Shown here: piece after piece, positions 1 to 12,287 of the stretch | Position numbering within the stretch: position 1 is the stretch's first letter | How the letters are laid out: each line of letters begins with the position of its first letter | Assembly (NCBI RefSeq): GCF_006345805.1 | Contig: NW_021826258.1 | Location: forward strand, 1 to 50,468 | Length of the DNA: 50,468 bases | Reading direction: 5' to 3' | From: Octopus sinensis | Lineage: Eukaryota | Notes under the pieces: generated by a model | Seen by the model: the letters and a program-made list of their open reading frames with translations, nothing else | Database searches by the model: none | Told to the model about the DNA's origin: nothing | Translations under genes and position numbers: made by a program

Positions 1-318
1 AAGGTCTCGACATACAACCATCATCACTTATCCGCTAACCCACTCCCTTCGCATGCAGATATGATCCCAGGGGTCTTCCATATACTGTTCACGATGACGT
101 CTGACAAGTGACATGCGCACTTCTGTCATTTAATTATGTGGTCTTTTATATTTCGTAATGGGAGTTTTACAATGTGTATGCAAGCGTCTGCTAGCATGAG
201 CGTGTGCGCTCGTGTGTGCATGTGTGCGCATACATGTAGCCAACTACAAACATGGACACACACATACACACACACACAAACACTCAAACACACACGATGT
301 ACATAAATGCCTAAAAGG

Positions 319-620
<302 letters not shown>

Positions 621-1005
621 AGAAAGATGCAATCAGTCGCATTTATGTGTATGTATATGGGTTTGTGTGTATGCGTATGTGTTTGTGCATGTGTGAATGT
701 GTGCATTTGCGCGTGCACGTAAGCAGAGTCGGTTAATTATCGTATGTGCCTCTATCATGATATCTGTCAAATGCTTTATGAATCTCTAACACGCGCGCGC
801 GAGCGTGTGTGTATGCATGTATGTTCGGATGGACGTGCATTGGTACAATTTGGTTGAATGGTAGGAGTCATTTGTTACGGGCTGTAAATAATTGTATAGG
901 GAATAACATGCTGTGGACATACATAGACGTATATTCTAATGTATAATGAATGTTTGTATGTAGTTCGAAATCTATGTGTGCATGTGTGTATACGCATATA
1001 CATAC

Positions 1006-1056
<51 letters not shown>

Positions 1057-1072
1057 TTATACATATACATAT

Positions 1073-1117
<45 letters not shown>

Positions 1118-1150
1118 GTATACACACACATATATATATATATATTATAT

Positions 1151-1330
1151 ATATATGTAAATAAATTTATTTTAAAAACATTCCAAATTTTTCAAATTTA
1201 GATGCATTTTCATAAAAAATTTGCCTATATATATATATATATATATATATTTATGAAAATTTGTTGTTGAAAATCCACCTAAATTTAAAAAATTTGGAAT
1301 TTTTTTTTAATAAATTTATTTACATATATA
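1151..1330. repeat. Imperfect inverted repeat (~75-bp arms) centred on (TA)n
   Basis: Left arm tatatgtaaataaatttattttaaaaacattccaaatttttcaaatttagatgcattttca matches the reverse complement of tgaaaatccacctaaatttaaaaaatttggaattttttttaataaatttatttacatata. Confidence 0.8.
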
Positions 1331-1438
1331 CCAAAGCATATCTGCTTATTCCAGTATTACAATCCAGTATGTAATTGTATTGATGTGAAACACATATTAC
1401 AGTTGAAAATTCTGGAAATATTGTCACTTGAGTTATTA

Positions 1439-2020
1439 TATAAAAAAAAACAGGAGCTGGAAAAATTTTGCGGTATTATTTATTCCCATTACATATGTTT
1501 CATTTGCTAATACGAATTACAAAACTGTACATGTCCCATAAACATGTAAGAAATTCCCTATTAAAAGTTCATTAGAAATTCATTTCTAATAGTAAACTTC
1601 TAACATGTTTATCCGACATATACAGCTTTAGTGGAGGCACATGGCCTAGTGGTTAGAGCAAGCGGACTCGTGGTCGAGGGATCGCGGGTTCGAATCTCAG
1701 ACCGGGCGATGTGTGTGTTTATGAGCGAAACACCTATGCACTACGCGGCTCCAGCAGAAGGTAATGGCGAACTTTTGCTGACTCTTTCGCCACAACTTTC
1801 TCTCACTCTTTCTTCCTGCATCTTGCAGCTCACCTGCGACGGGCCGGCGTCCCGTCCAGGTGGGGAACCTATACGCCAAGGAAACTGGGAAACCGGCCCT
1901 TAAGAACCAGGCATGGCTCGAGAAGGAACAAACAATATACAGCTTTGTAATTCCTTTTGGCAAATGTGTAATGGTGAATAAACGATACCCAACAATTTCC
2001 ACAATTTCCTGTTTTGATAT
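1439..2020. repeat. Fold-back element (~130-bp diverged arms) interrupted by a SINE
   Basis: 1439-1578 is an inverted match to 1583-1629 joined to 1947-2020; the centre is attagaaat-tc-atttctaat. Confidence 0.7.
1630..1934 (+). mobile_element. tRNA-derived SINE (head A-like, tail 1-like) with 12-bp TSD
   Basis: A box TGGCCTAGTGG and B box GGTTCGAATCT; TSD atatacagcttt at 1618-1629 and 1935-1946; related to copies at 7815, 10629 and 46400. Confidence 0.92.
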
Positions 2021-2083
2021 ATGTATTATAGTTGGGTGGATGGATGGATGGATGTGTATGTGCGTATATTACATACATACATA

Positions 2084-2662
2084 ACCCAGTGAAAACCTCA
2101 ATAAAATGTAAACGCAATAGACCTGACAAAATGATTTGGGATAGAGATGAGAAACTGTGTACAGTTGTGGAAATCAGCTGCCCAGCGGTTATTAACATAA
2201 AGCTGAAGATAAGTGAAAAAGAGAACTCCTACGCTAAACTATTGAGAAATTTGCAGTTACTCTATCTAGATTACATGTTCAGGTTTATAACTGTAATCAT
2301 TAGGGCTCTGGCATATGTGACACACTGCCTAAATACCAATCTTGAGAAATTAGGCTTCTCAAAACCAGGAAGGAGAAAGCTGATCCGAAGATTACAAACC
2401 ATCACTGGAACTGTAAAACTCTGTAAAACTTTACAGGAGTTTATCATTTAAGTATATATGAGCATGTCTAGATATGCAACTATATGCATGAGAATATATA
2501 CCTAAAAAAGGTAAATTTGTACATCTACATACATAAATACATATATACATACAAAAGTACCCTGTTGTTGTTGTTGAAATTCCAATGAAGAAGCCTTGGA
2601 TCTAGGTTAGAAACCGGCTCTTTCTCTGTTGGTAAGAAATCTTGAAATAAAACTGAATAATG
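2084..2662 (+). mobile_element. 5'-truncated non-LTR retrotransposon: restriction-like endonuclease (RLE) C-terminus plus 3' UTR
   Basis: ORF part ...CKRNRPDKMIWDRDEKLCTVVEISCP...KISEKENSY... shows the RPD-x-D...E...EK..Y pattern of RLE domains; flanked on both sides by (CATA)n. Confidence 0.8.
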
Positions 2663-2739
2663 ACATACGTACATACATACATACATACATACATACATAC
2701 ATACATACATACATACATACATACATACATACATACATA

Positions 2740-2848
2740 CAAACTCTGTTGCTGATGTTAAAATTCCAATGAAAGAGCCTTGGATCTAGGTTAGAAACCG
2801 GCTCTTTCTCTATTGGCAAGAAATCTTGAAATAAAACCGAATAATGAC
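2740..2848 (+). mobile_element. Second 3'-UTR-only copy of the same RLE element
   Basis: Near-identical to 2560-2662 (aaattccaatgaa..gccttggatctaggttagaaaccggctctttctct..gaataatgacat); embedded in (CATA)n. Confidence 0.8.
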
Positions 2849-3347
2849 ATGCATACATACATACAAACATAAATACATACATGCATACATACATACATGC
2901 ATGCATACATACATACATACATACATACATACATACATACATGCATGCATACATACATACATACATACATACATACAAACATAAATACATACATGCATAC
3001 ATACATACATGCATGCATACATACATACATACATACATACATACATACATACATACATACATGCATGCATGCATACATACATACATACATACATACATAC
3101 ATGCATACATACATACATACATACATACATACATACATGCATGCATACATACATACATGCATGCATGCATACATACATACATACATACATACATACATAC
3201 ATACAAACATAAATACATACATGCATACATACATACAAACATAAATACATACATACATACATACATACATGCATGCATACATACATACATGCATGCATAC
3301 ATACATACATACATACATACATACATACACACGCACATGCATACATA
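2849..3347. repeat. (CATA)n/(CATG)n microsatellite block
   Basis: Read directly from the sequence. Confidence 0.97.
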
Positions 3348-3693
3348 TACGTCTTGTCGGTGTTTATGTTAGCATAGGCATGTGTGAGTTTGTATGTCTC
3401 TATTTATAATTTGATACATGTGTATAAACATATTGTTGTTATAGTTGTTTAAACCTAGGTCAGAGCTGATCGGGGACACCCAAAATCAAAGATGTTACTG
3501 CTAAACTATTCCGTCTTTGTAGTTTTATACACAGTGTTATCTAGTACGATGCTGTAACTGCGTCTACTCCCATTTTTAAGATGCTAGATTTAAAATGCGA
3601 TTTGAAGGAGATTTGGTTACTCTTTTGCAATGGAATAGTGATTTCACACAGGCGCTGTTATTGGCTCATTGTATGAAAGCTGCAGTTTTACTA

Positions 3694-3729
<36 letters not shown>

Positions 3730-3836
3730 CGGTAGGGATTGTGCTCATGCATGTACATCTGTGAATGAATGAGCGTGCACGTATGTATGTGTGTTTATGA
3801 ATGTACACACGTATGTATGTATATATGTATATATAC

Positions 3837-3887
<51 letters not shown>

Positions 3888-3921
3888 CAGGCAGACAGGC
3901 AGACAGACAGACGGACGGACG

Positions 3922-3980
<59 letters not shown>

Positions 3981-4032
3981 GGACGGACGGACGGACGGAC
4001 GGACGGACGGACGGACGGACAGACAGACAGAC

Positions 4033-4081
<49 letters not shown>

Positions 4082-4193
4082 TATATGTGTGTGTGTATGT
4101 ATGTATATGTATGTGTGCGTGTATGTATGTATAGAGGCAGACAGACAGACAGATAGATAGAGAGAGAGATGCATGCATACATACATACATACA

Positions 4194-4224
<31 letters not shown>

Positions 4225-4225
4225 G
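3837..4225. repeat. (GATA)/(GACA)/(GACG)/(CATA) compound microsatellite
   Basis: Read directly from the sequence. Confidence 0.97.
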
Positions 4226-4737
4226 TACATAGATTATAAGAAGTATCTGCACATAGAAGTATTTATATATTCATATACATACACAAAAATAAGTATATCT
4301 ATATACATACACATATACATGCATGTGTGTGTGTGTGTTTCTCTGTGTGTGTGTAAGTATATTTATTTTCATAGTAAAAAAAAAACAACAAAATACAAAA
4401 AGAAACAAGGATTTTGAAAAGAGCGCTGAAATTCCTCAGCACCCTTAGAACGTAAATCCTTACAGTTATTCCAGTACATCTCCCACCCACTGCACATATT
4501 CCCCCCACGTATTCTCTCCACGCCCCACCCCCAGTCCCTTCTACCACCCGGCTTCATATACCACCTCCCTATGCCCGCCACATCCACCCTGCTACACCAC
4601 ATCGCCACCACCACCACCACCGCCACCGCCATCATCATAGCACTGCTCCCAAAAGTAACGCTATTAATTGAGATGTCAAAACCAGATACGAGAAAGCGGA
4701 CCCTCTATCTCAACCCATCCTCCCTCTTAGACACTTG

Positions 4738-4739
<2 letters not shown>

Positions 4740-4795
<56 letters not shown>

Positions 4796-5000
4796 TACGT
4801 GCGTGCGGGGAGGGAAGGTTTGTATGTGGGTGTGTGCGCGCATACGCTTTTGTAATTGCATATACATAGGTCTGTGAAATGCACATGTATATATATATGT
4901 GCGATTTTAGTACGCATGCATATATATATATATGTATATGACAATATATATATATGTATATATATATGTATGTAATATATAATATATATATATATGTATG

Positions 5001-5040
<40 letters not shown>

Positions 5041-5159
5041 TATTTATATGTATATATATATATGTATATATATATTATTATATATATATGTATGTATATA
5101 TGTATATATAATGTATATGCATATGTATATATATATATATAATGTATATATATATATAT

Positions 5160-5214
<55 letters not shown>

Positions 5215-5222
5215 GTATATAT

Positions 5223-5267
<45 letters not shown>

Positions 5268-5296
5268 ATGTATATATATAATATATATGTATATAT

Positions 5297-5330
<34 letters not shown>

Positions 5331-5357
5331 ATGTATATAATATATATGTATATGTAT

Positions 5358-5389
<32 letters not shown>

Positions 5390-5415
5390 TGTATATGTAT
5401 ATATATATGTATATG

Positions 5416-5461
<46 letters not shown>

Positions 5462-5638
5462 ATGCACACATACACCCGCACCCCTCACACACACAAATAT
5501 ATTTTATATATGCATATCTGAATGTATATGTATATATATTGTGGTACATATATATATACACACACATATATATGACACACAAATATATACGTACGTACAT
5601 ATATAACCTATATATATGCATACATATCATAATATATA

Positions 5639-5684
<46 letters not shown>

Positions 5685-5863
5685 TATATATATATAATAC
5701 TACCACACACACTATATATATATTATATTATATATATATATATATGTATGTATGTATGTACACCTACTCACACCCGAATACACACACACGCACAGATAGA
5801 GAGAGAGAGATACATGCGTACATATATTTTGTACGCTTGTAGTTATGTGAATGTGCATATATC

Positions 5864-5908
<45 letters not shown>

Positions 5909-6015
5909 CACAGTTCATTGTTTGATATCCGGTTTCTAGCATCTCTAATGTTTATGGATGTACGCATATATGTGTGTATGTGTCTATTATATATATTTAT
6001 TTATTTAAATGTATA

Positions 6016-6055
<40 letters not shown>

Positions 6056-6714
6056 GTGTATATATATGTGTGTGTGTATGTATAAATATATATGTGTATG
6101 TGTCTATTATATATATATATTTTTATTTAAATGTATATATATATATATATGTATATATGTATATATGTATATATATATATATGTGTGTGTGTGCATGTGT
6201 GTGTGTATGTATAAATATATATGTATATGTGTACGTATGTGTATATGTGTCTGTTATATATATCTATTTTTTTAAATGTATATATATGTATATATATATA
6301 TGTGTGTGTGCGTGTCTGTGTATGTATAATTATATATGTATATGTGTATGTATGTGTGTATGTGTATAGGTATGTATGTATGTGTACATATATTATTTAT
6401 ATATATATTATAGTATATATATGTATATTACATATATATATGTATGTATATGTATGTATATATATTTGTGTGTGTGTGTGTGTGTATGTGTGTGTGTGTG
6501 TATGTGTGTGTGTGCATAATGTATCTGCGTATGTATGGGGATATGCGTTCGTGTGTCTGAATACTTACTTGTGTGTGTGTGTTTGATCAGTGAGAACCTC
6601 AGATAGTGACAATGTGGAACTGTCTTTGAAAGCCGACGGTTTCCCCGTTCCTGCTAATAGAATTGGTTAGGGTATAGTATTTCTGTCTGGTCTGCGTGTA
6701 TATTTATGAGTGTG

Positions 6715-6769
<55 letters not shown>

Positions 6770-6871
6770 CTTCGTGTGTGTGCGTATGGTGTGTATCCGT
6801 GTGTATGAATGTATGCGTGTATTATGTTCTGTCACTGTATGTGCTTCTGTGCGCATGTATGTTTGTGAATA

Positions 6872-6903
<32 letters not shown>

Positions 6904-7095
6904 CACGCACACATATATATATATGTATATATATTTACATATATATATACATATATATATATGCATATATATATATATATATCTATATATATATATATAT
7001 ATGCATATATACATATATATATATATGTATATATATATTTATATATACATATTCAGATACATATGTGTGTGTGTGTGTGTGTGTGTGTGTTTTGT
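4740..7095. repeat. Large degenerate (TA)n/(TG)n microsatellite block
   Basis: About 2.3 kb made almost entirely of TA/TG dinucleotide tracts. Confidence 0.95.
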
Positions 7096-7241
7096 GTTCT
7101 TTCATTGCGCGTGTGTATATTGCGAGAGAGAAAGTCAGAGAAAGAATGGTGGGATGTGGGAACGCGATGCGTGCAAGAAGTGGCAAGATTTTCAGGAGGT
7201 AAAGGTGAAAGCTGATGCCAAGAGTGAAAACGGTGGGAGTT

Positions 7242-7282
<41 letters not shown>

Positions 7283-7814
7283 TGCTGTTGTTATTGTTGT
7301 TGTTGTTGTTTTGGCTGTTGTGGTGGCGGTGGTGTGAAATGAGATTGTGATTGTGACGGTTAGGGTAGTAGTGGTCGCTCGTAGTCACAGCGTAACAGTG
7401 GTGATGGTTGTGGTGGTGGTTTACTATGGCGGTGATGGTGGCGTGCGAGTGTAGTTGTTGGTGGCGTTAAGGTAATGACAGCACTTTTAGACGGTGATGG
7501 CCGTGCTGGCGTTTAGTAGTGAGAATCATGGTATTTGGAGTGGTGGTGGTGGTGTGAGGTATGGTCGCGTTGGTTTTGGTGGTGGTGGTGGTGGTGCTGC
7601 TGGTGCTGGTGCTGGCGTCGGTTGGTTTGGCGGTAGCGGTGACGCCGATGGTGATCTTGCAACCTTATCCGTTACCGAATTTCGGTAGCGAGCCTTTTTC
7701 CCCACATTTACCTCCTGACGTGAGAGTCACTGGCGCAACAAAGGAAAATAATCCAACGAGAGCAATGCGTGAAGAGTTTCTCTTGACTTCTGAATGAATA
7801 TCTATGAATATATA

Positions 7815-8115
7815 AACGATAAACGTCGCCCTTTTCAAGCCTAGCCAGGCACATGGGCCCGGTTTCCCAGTTTTTCTGGCGTATGTGTTCCCCCCAGCTG
7901 GACGGGACGCCAGTCCATCGCAGCGTTACTCAAGAAACAGGAAGAGAGAGTGAAAGAAAGTTGTGACGAAAGAGTACAACAAGGGTCACCACCACCCCGT
8001 GTCGGAGCCTCGTGGAGCTTTTAGGTGTTTTCGCTCAATAAACACACACAATACCCGGTCTGGGAATCGAAACCGCGATTCCGCTGCCCTAACCACTGGG
8101 CCATTTCGCCTCCAC
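7815..8115 (-). mobile_element. tRNA-derived SINE (head A + tail 1) with 13-bp TSD
   Basis: Reverse-complement match to 10629-10967; TSD ctatgaatatata at 7802-7814 and 8116-8128. Confidence 0.92.
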
Positions 8116-8153
8116 CTATGAATATATACTGCTTGCTAATTAATAATGGATTC

Positions 8154-8506
8154 TAACCGTGTAGCATTTAAACCGGTCATATCCAACCCAAATATTCAAC
8201 CTATTTTATGGTCAAACCAGTCAGATCCAGCCTCTCACACCTACCTTACAACATCAGTCTACAAAATAAATCGCTTCATTGAAATCTCGAAGCTAAGAGA
8301 TAATACATGATTAATTCAAAACAAAATATATATATAAGGGTTGCTTGGTTCAAAGTCTCTCTTGACCAGAAATGGCCTGAACTCTTTGCATGAACACCCT
8401 CCCTGTACATAACTCCATGTCCCCCTACATGGCCTTGCTTTTTGCTTTTTGAGCCAAAAAATTAACTTAACTTATTTGACAGAGTAATCTGAATGCTAAA
8501 GAGTTA
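8154..8506. mobile_element. Decayed MITE, possibly piggyBac-type
   Basis: Imperfect TIRs taaccgtgtagcatt ... aatgctaaagagtta, resembling TTAA-CCCT...AGGG-TTAA ends. Confidence 0.5.
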
Positions 8507-8539
8507 TGTAAAAGGCCAACAACTTCCAGAAAAGAAGGT

Positions 8540-8705
8540 TCGCTGATATCTTTGACCTCAATACTTACATAGAACTTATTTTATCCATCATGGAAGAAAT
8601 GAAAAGTAAGGTTGAACTCAATGCGATTTCAACTCGGAATGTAGAGCTGGAAAAAATGTCACAAGGAAATTTTTTTCCGACGCTCTAAAGAGTCTATCAA
8701 CTCTA
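8540..8705 (-). mobile_element. Decayed family M SINE fragment
   Basis: Reverse-complement similarity to the gtcgactttgcctttcatcc domain at 11660-11760. Confidence 0.6.
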
Positions 8706-9546
8706 CAAACTTTTAAAGTTTGGGTGGGGTGCTAATTAATAGTGACTTTCTCTGAAGTGACCCAAGGTCACAAATATTATAACGGCATAAAAACCTAAGG
8801 CGGCCGTCATATAACATTTACAAAACCACCAAATTCCACCGATAAGAAATTCAATGCGGCTCTCGGAACTGTTTGGTTGCTCACTTCGTTACCAGACTAC
8901 CATCTTTGTGTCTTACATCTTATATTTGCATTCATAAATGCGTGCACAATATGTATGCATGAATGCTCTCTCTAAATGTATGTATGTATGTATGTATGTA
9001 TGTATGTATGTATGCATTCATGTATGTATGTATGTAAGCATGTATGTACGTATGTATGAATGCATGAATGCTCTCTGCATCTATGTATGTATGCATTCAT
9101 ATTCCTTCGTGCGTATTGACAAACGAAACACGATTTCAGGATTAAATGGTCAACTGCGACAATTGCTACATCGTATGTCAATAGCTCCCATAGATCTATG
9201 CTTTCATAATTAGAAGAGTTTGTTATTCTAACCTTGAATTACAACACATTAAACATAGCTCTTAACTAATCACTAATTGTCCAATCAGAAAAAAATGTTT
9301 GTTGCAAAGTTTAAACTACTTACAAATTAATACTTTATTATCTGCTTCCGTGTGCATCTTCTTTCAGTTTTCTATATATACGTTCGATACATATATTCCG
9401 GTATTTCTTCTTATGTAAGCCGTCATTTAAGTGTTATTCTTCATGTTTATAATGATTTCGGGCTCTTTATTCACACCCGTCTCGATTTTTATATCCTCAT
9501 ATTTGTATTCACATACCAGCACGTCAATATTAGTTTGCTTTATCGT

Positions 9547-9660
9547 AGGCATGGCTACGCGGTAAGAAGCTTGCCTCCCAACACATGGTTCCGGGTTCAG
9601 TCCCACGGTGTGGCACCTTTGGCGAGTGTCTTCCACTTTTGCCTCAGGCTGACCAAAGCA
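9547..9660 (+). mobile_element. Family C SINE 5' fragment
   Basis: Matches the head of 24973-25406 (ggtaagaagcttgc..ggttcagtcccac..gtggcacc). Confidence 0.75.
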
Positions 9661-9682
9661 ATTTTAATAGTAAGGTTGAGAG

Positions 9683-10415
9683 GTGTTAGTCGATTACATC
9701 GACCGCATTGCACGACTGGAACTTATTATATCGACCTCGAAAGAATGTAAGGCAAAGTTAACCTCAGCAGAATTTGAACTCAATGCAATAAGTCGAAAGA
9801 AATTCGCTAGTCATTTTGTCCGCTAGTCATAATCCTTTCTAATGTTGGCATAAGGCCAGCAATTTTAGGGAAGGAGAATCGATTAAATAGTGGAAGCACT
9901 CCGTCGGTTACGACGACGAGGGTTCCGGTTGATCCGAATCAACTGAACAGCCTGCTCGTGAAATTAACGTGTAAGTGGCTGAGCACTCCACAGACACGTG
10001 TACCCTTAACGTAGTTCTCGGGGATATTCAGCGTGACACAGATAGTGACAAGGCCGGCCCTTTGAAATACAGGTACAACAGAAACAAAGAGTGAGAGAAA
10101 GTTGTGGTGAAAGAGTACAGCAGGGATCACCACCATTCCTTGCCAGAGCCTCGTGGAGCTTTAGGTGTTTTCGCTCAATAAACACTCATAACGCCCGGTC
10201 TAGGAATCGAAACCGCGATCCTATGACCGCGAGTCCACTGCCCTAACCACTGGGCCATTGCGCCTCCACCGATTAAATAGACCCCAGTACTCAACTGGTA
10301 CTTAATTTATTGACCCCATTAGTATGACAAGCAAGGTTGACCACAGTGGCATGAGACATTCAAACCTAAAGCGGAAGAAATACCGCTAAGTAATTTCTTC
10401 GGCATACGCCAGCTC
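9683..10415 (-). mobile_element. Two family M SINE pieces (9683-9822; 9828-10415), the second split by a younger SINE
   Basis: Reverse-complement of the M domain; sequence is continuous across the 9891-10269 insertion. Confidence 0.75.
9891..10269 (-). mobile_element. tRNA-derived SINE (head A + tail 2) with 11-bp TSD
   Basis: TSD cgattaaatag at 9880-9890 and 10270-10280; head of the same type as 10629, tail shared with 46005-46157. Confidence 0.92.
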
Positions 10416-10628
10416 GTTCGTTTAATTTAAACTTATAATAAAACTAAAATAAAATATATACACTTGTCTATCTGTCTGTCTATCAGTTTTTCATTTTTCT
10501 ATGTGTGTTTAAGTACGTATTCTCTTGTAGTAATGACCGGATTTATATATGAACAAAGAAAAAAATGTACTTTTTATAAATGTTAACATTATATATGAAC
10601 AGAGAAAACGTATATTATATGTGAACTG

Positions 10629-10932
10629 GTGGAGGCGCAATGGCCTAGTGGTTAGGGCAGCGGACTCGCGGTCGGAGGATCGCGGTTTCGATTCCCAGAC
10701 CGGGCGTTATGTGTGTTTATTGAGCGAAAACACCTAAAGCTCCACGAGGCTCCGGCAGCGGGTGGTGGCGACCCCTGTTGTACTCTTTCGACCCAACTTT
10801 CTCTCACTCTCTCTTCCTGTGTCTTGAGTGACGCTGCGAAGGACTGGCGTCCCGTCCAGCTGGGGGGAACACATACGCCACAGAAACCGGGATACCGGGC
10901 CCATGAACCTGGCTAGGCTTGAAAAGGGCGCA

Positions 10933-10963
<31 letters not shown>

Positions 10964-10967
10964 ATAG
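10629..10967 (+). mobile_element. tRNA-derived SINE (head A + tail 1, (TAAA)n end) with 12-bp TSD
   Basis: A box TGGCCTAGTGG and B box GTTTCGATTCC; TSD atatgtgaactg at 10617-10628 and 10968-10979. Confidence 0.93.
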
Positions 10968-11433
10968 ATATGTGAACTGAGAAAAATGCACATTGTCCAC
11001 ACACACGCAGAAAAAAAAACTTTAACCCATTCCAAGTCGTATGAAAATTGTTTATTAGCTTTTGGTAACTGGAATATGGTTCAGGTAGTGAAGTTCTTTG
11101 AATTGTTTGTTTCTTGTTTTGTTTTGTTTTGGTTTGTCTTTTTCTTGCGGTAGTTTGTAGCTGGAGTGTGTTCGTGGCAAAGATGCTTCATTCATGGCCT
11201 TATAATTGGTACCTTGGGGAGTCAATGCTGTCTGTACAGTAAAGAAAAAAGCAACTCAAGTGGAACCTTATACAGCTGACGATCATACCGCTTGCTTACA
11301 ACGAAAGTACTGAGGTTCAAATTGTCGTAAGGAATGCGGCATCTGATGTGAAGAACAAACACTCTCGTTCTATTATTGTTGTTGTTGTGTTTATTTACTT
11401 GTGTATTTATTATCAGTGAAATTTGAGCTCATT

Positions 11434-11992
11434 TCGTTCTGAGTTCAAATTCCACCGAGGTCGACTTTGCCTTTCATCCTTTCGAGAGTTGATAAAATAA
11501 GTACCAGTTAATAGCTTGGAGTCGATGTAACTGCCTATCCCACTCTCCTAAAATATCAAGTCTTGTGCTTATAGCAAAACAGATTATTCTTAAGGCGGCA
11601 TGCTGGCAGAAACGTTAGCACGCCGGGCGAAATGCGTAGCCGTACTTCGTCTGCCGTTACGTTTTCAGTTCAAATTCCGCCGAGGTCGACTTTGCCTTTC
11701 ATCCTTTCGGGGTCGATTAAATAAGTACTAGTTACGCGGTGGAGTCGATGTAATCGACTTAATCCGTTTGTCTGTCCTTGTTAGTCCCCTCTGTGGTTAG
11801 CCCATTGTGGGTAGTAAAGAAGTAGGTATTTTGTCCGTCACTACGTTCTGAGTTCAAATTCCGCCGAGGTCGACTTTGCCTTTCATCCTTTCGGGATCGA
11901 TTAAATAAGTACCAGTTACGCAGTGGGGTCGATATAATATCAACTTAATCCCTTCCCCCAAGGCCTTGTGCTTCCAGCAGAAAGGATTATTA
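11434..11992 (+). mobile_element. Family M SINE cluster with three consecutive copies of the central domain
   Basis: gagttcaaattccgccgaggtcgactttgcctttcatcctttcggggtcgat..aataagtaccag occurs at ~11441, ~11667 and ~11851; by recall it resembles the Meta-SINE domain. Confidence 0.85.
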
Positions 11993-11994
11993 TA

Positions 11995-12232
11995 ATTTTG
12001 GATTTGGTTTGCAAGACTCTTTATGTGAGTTCATCTGTCGAAGTATATTCTGTTGTGCCGCACTCACCGGTAAAATTTCCACTCATTTACTTATTTATTT
12101 CTCTAAAATTTTCGTTGCAAGACGCAATGAAAATTTTGGAAAAATAATGAAGGAAATGAATGGAAATTTTACCGGTGAGTGTGTTAAATCATAAGGCACT
12201 AAAAGAGAATGACTCTCCCCAGATACGACAGA
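11995..12232. mobile_element. Fold-back repeat, short version of the 44704-45070 family
   Basis: Arms 12061-12118 and 12124-12181 with loop aagac; 11995-12057 is the reverse complement of ~44995-45059. Confidence 0.8.
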
Positions 12233-12233
12233 C

Positions 12234-12287
<54 letters not shown>

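Noticed and set aside
1632-1700. tRNA gene
   Set aside because: A and B boxes are present, but they run into a SINE body with TSDs and no complete cloverleaf; the same applies to 10630, 25545 and 46400.
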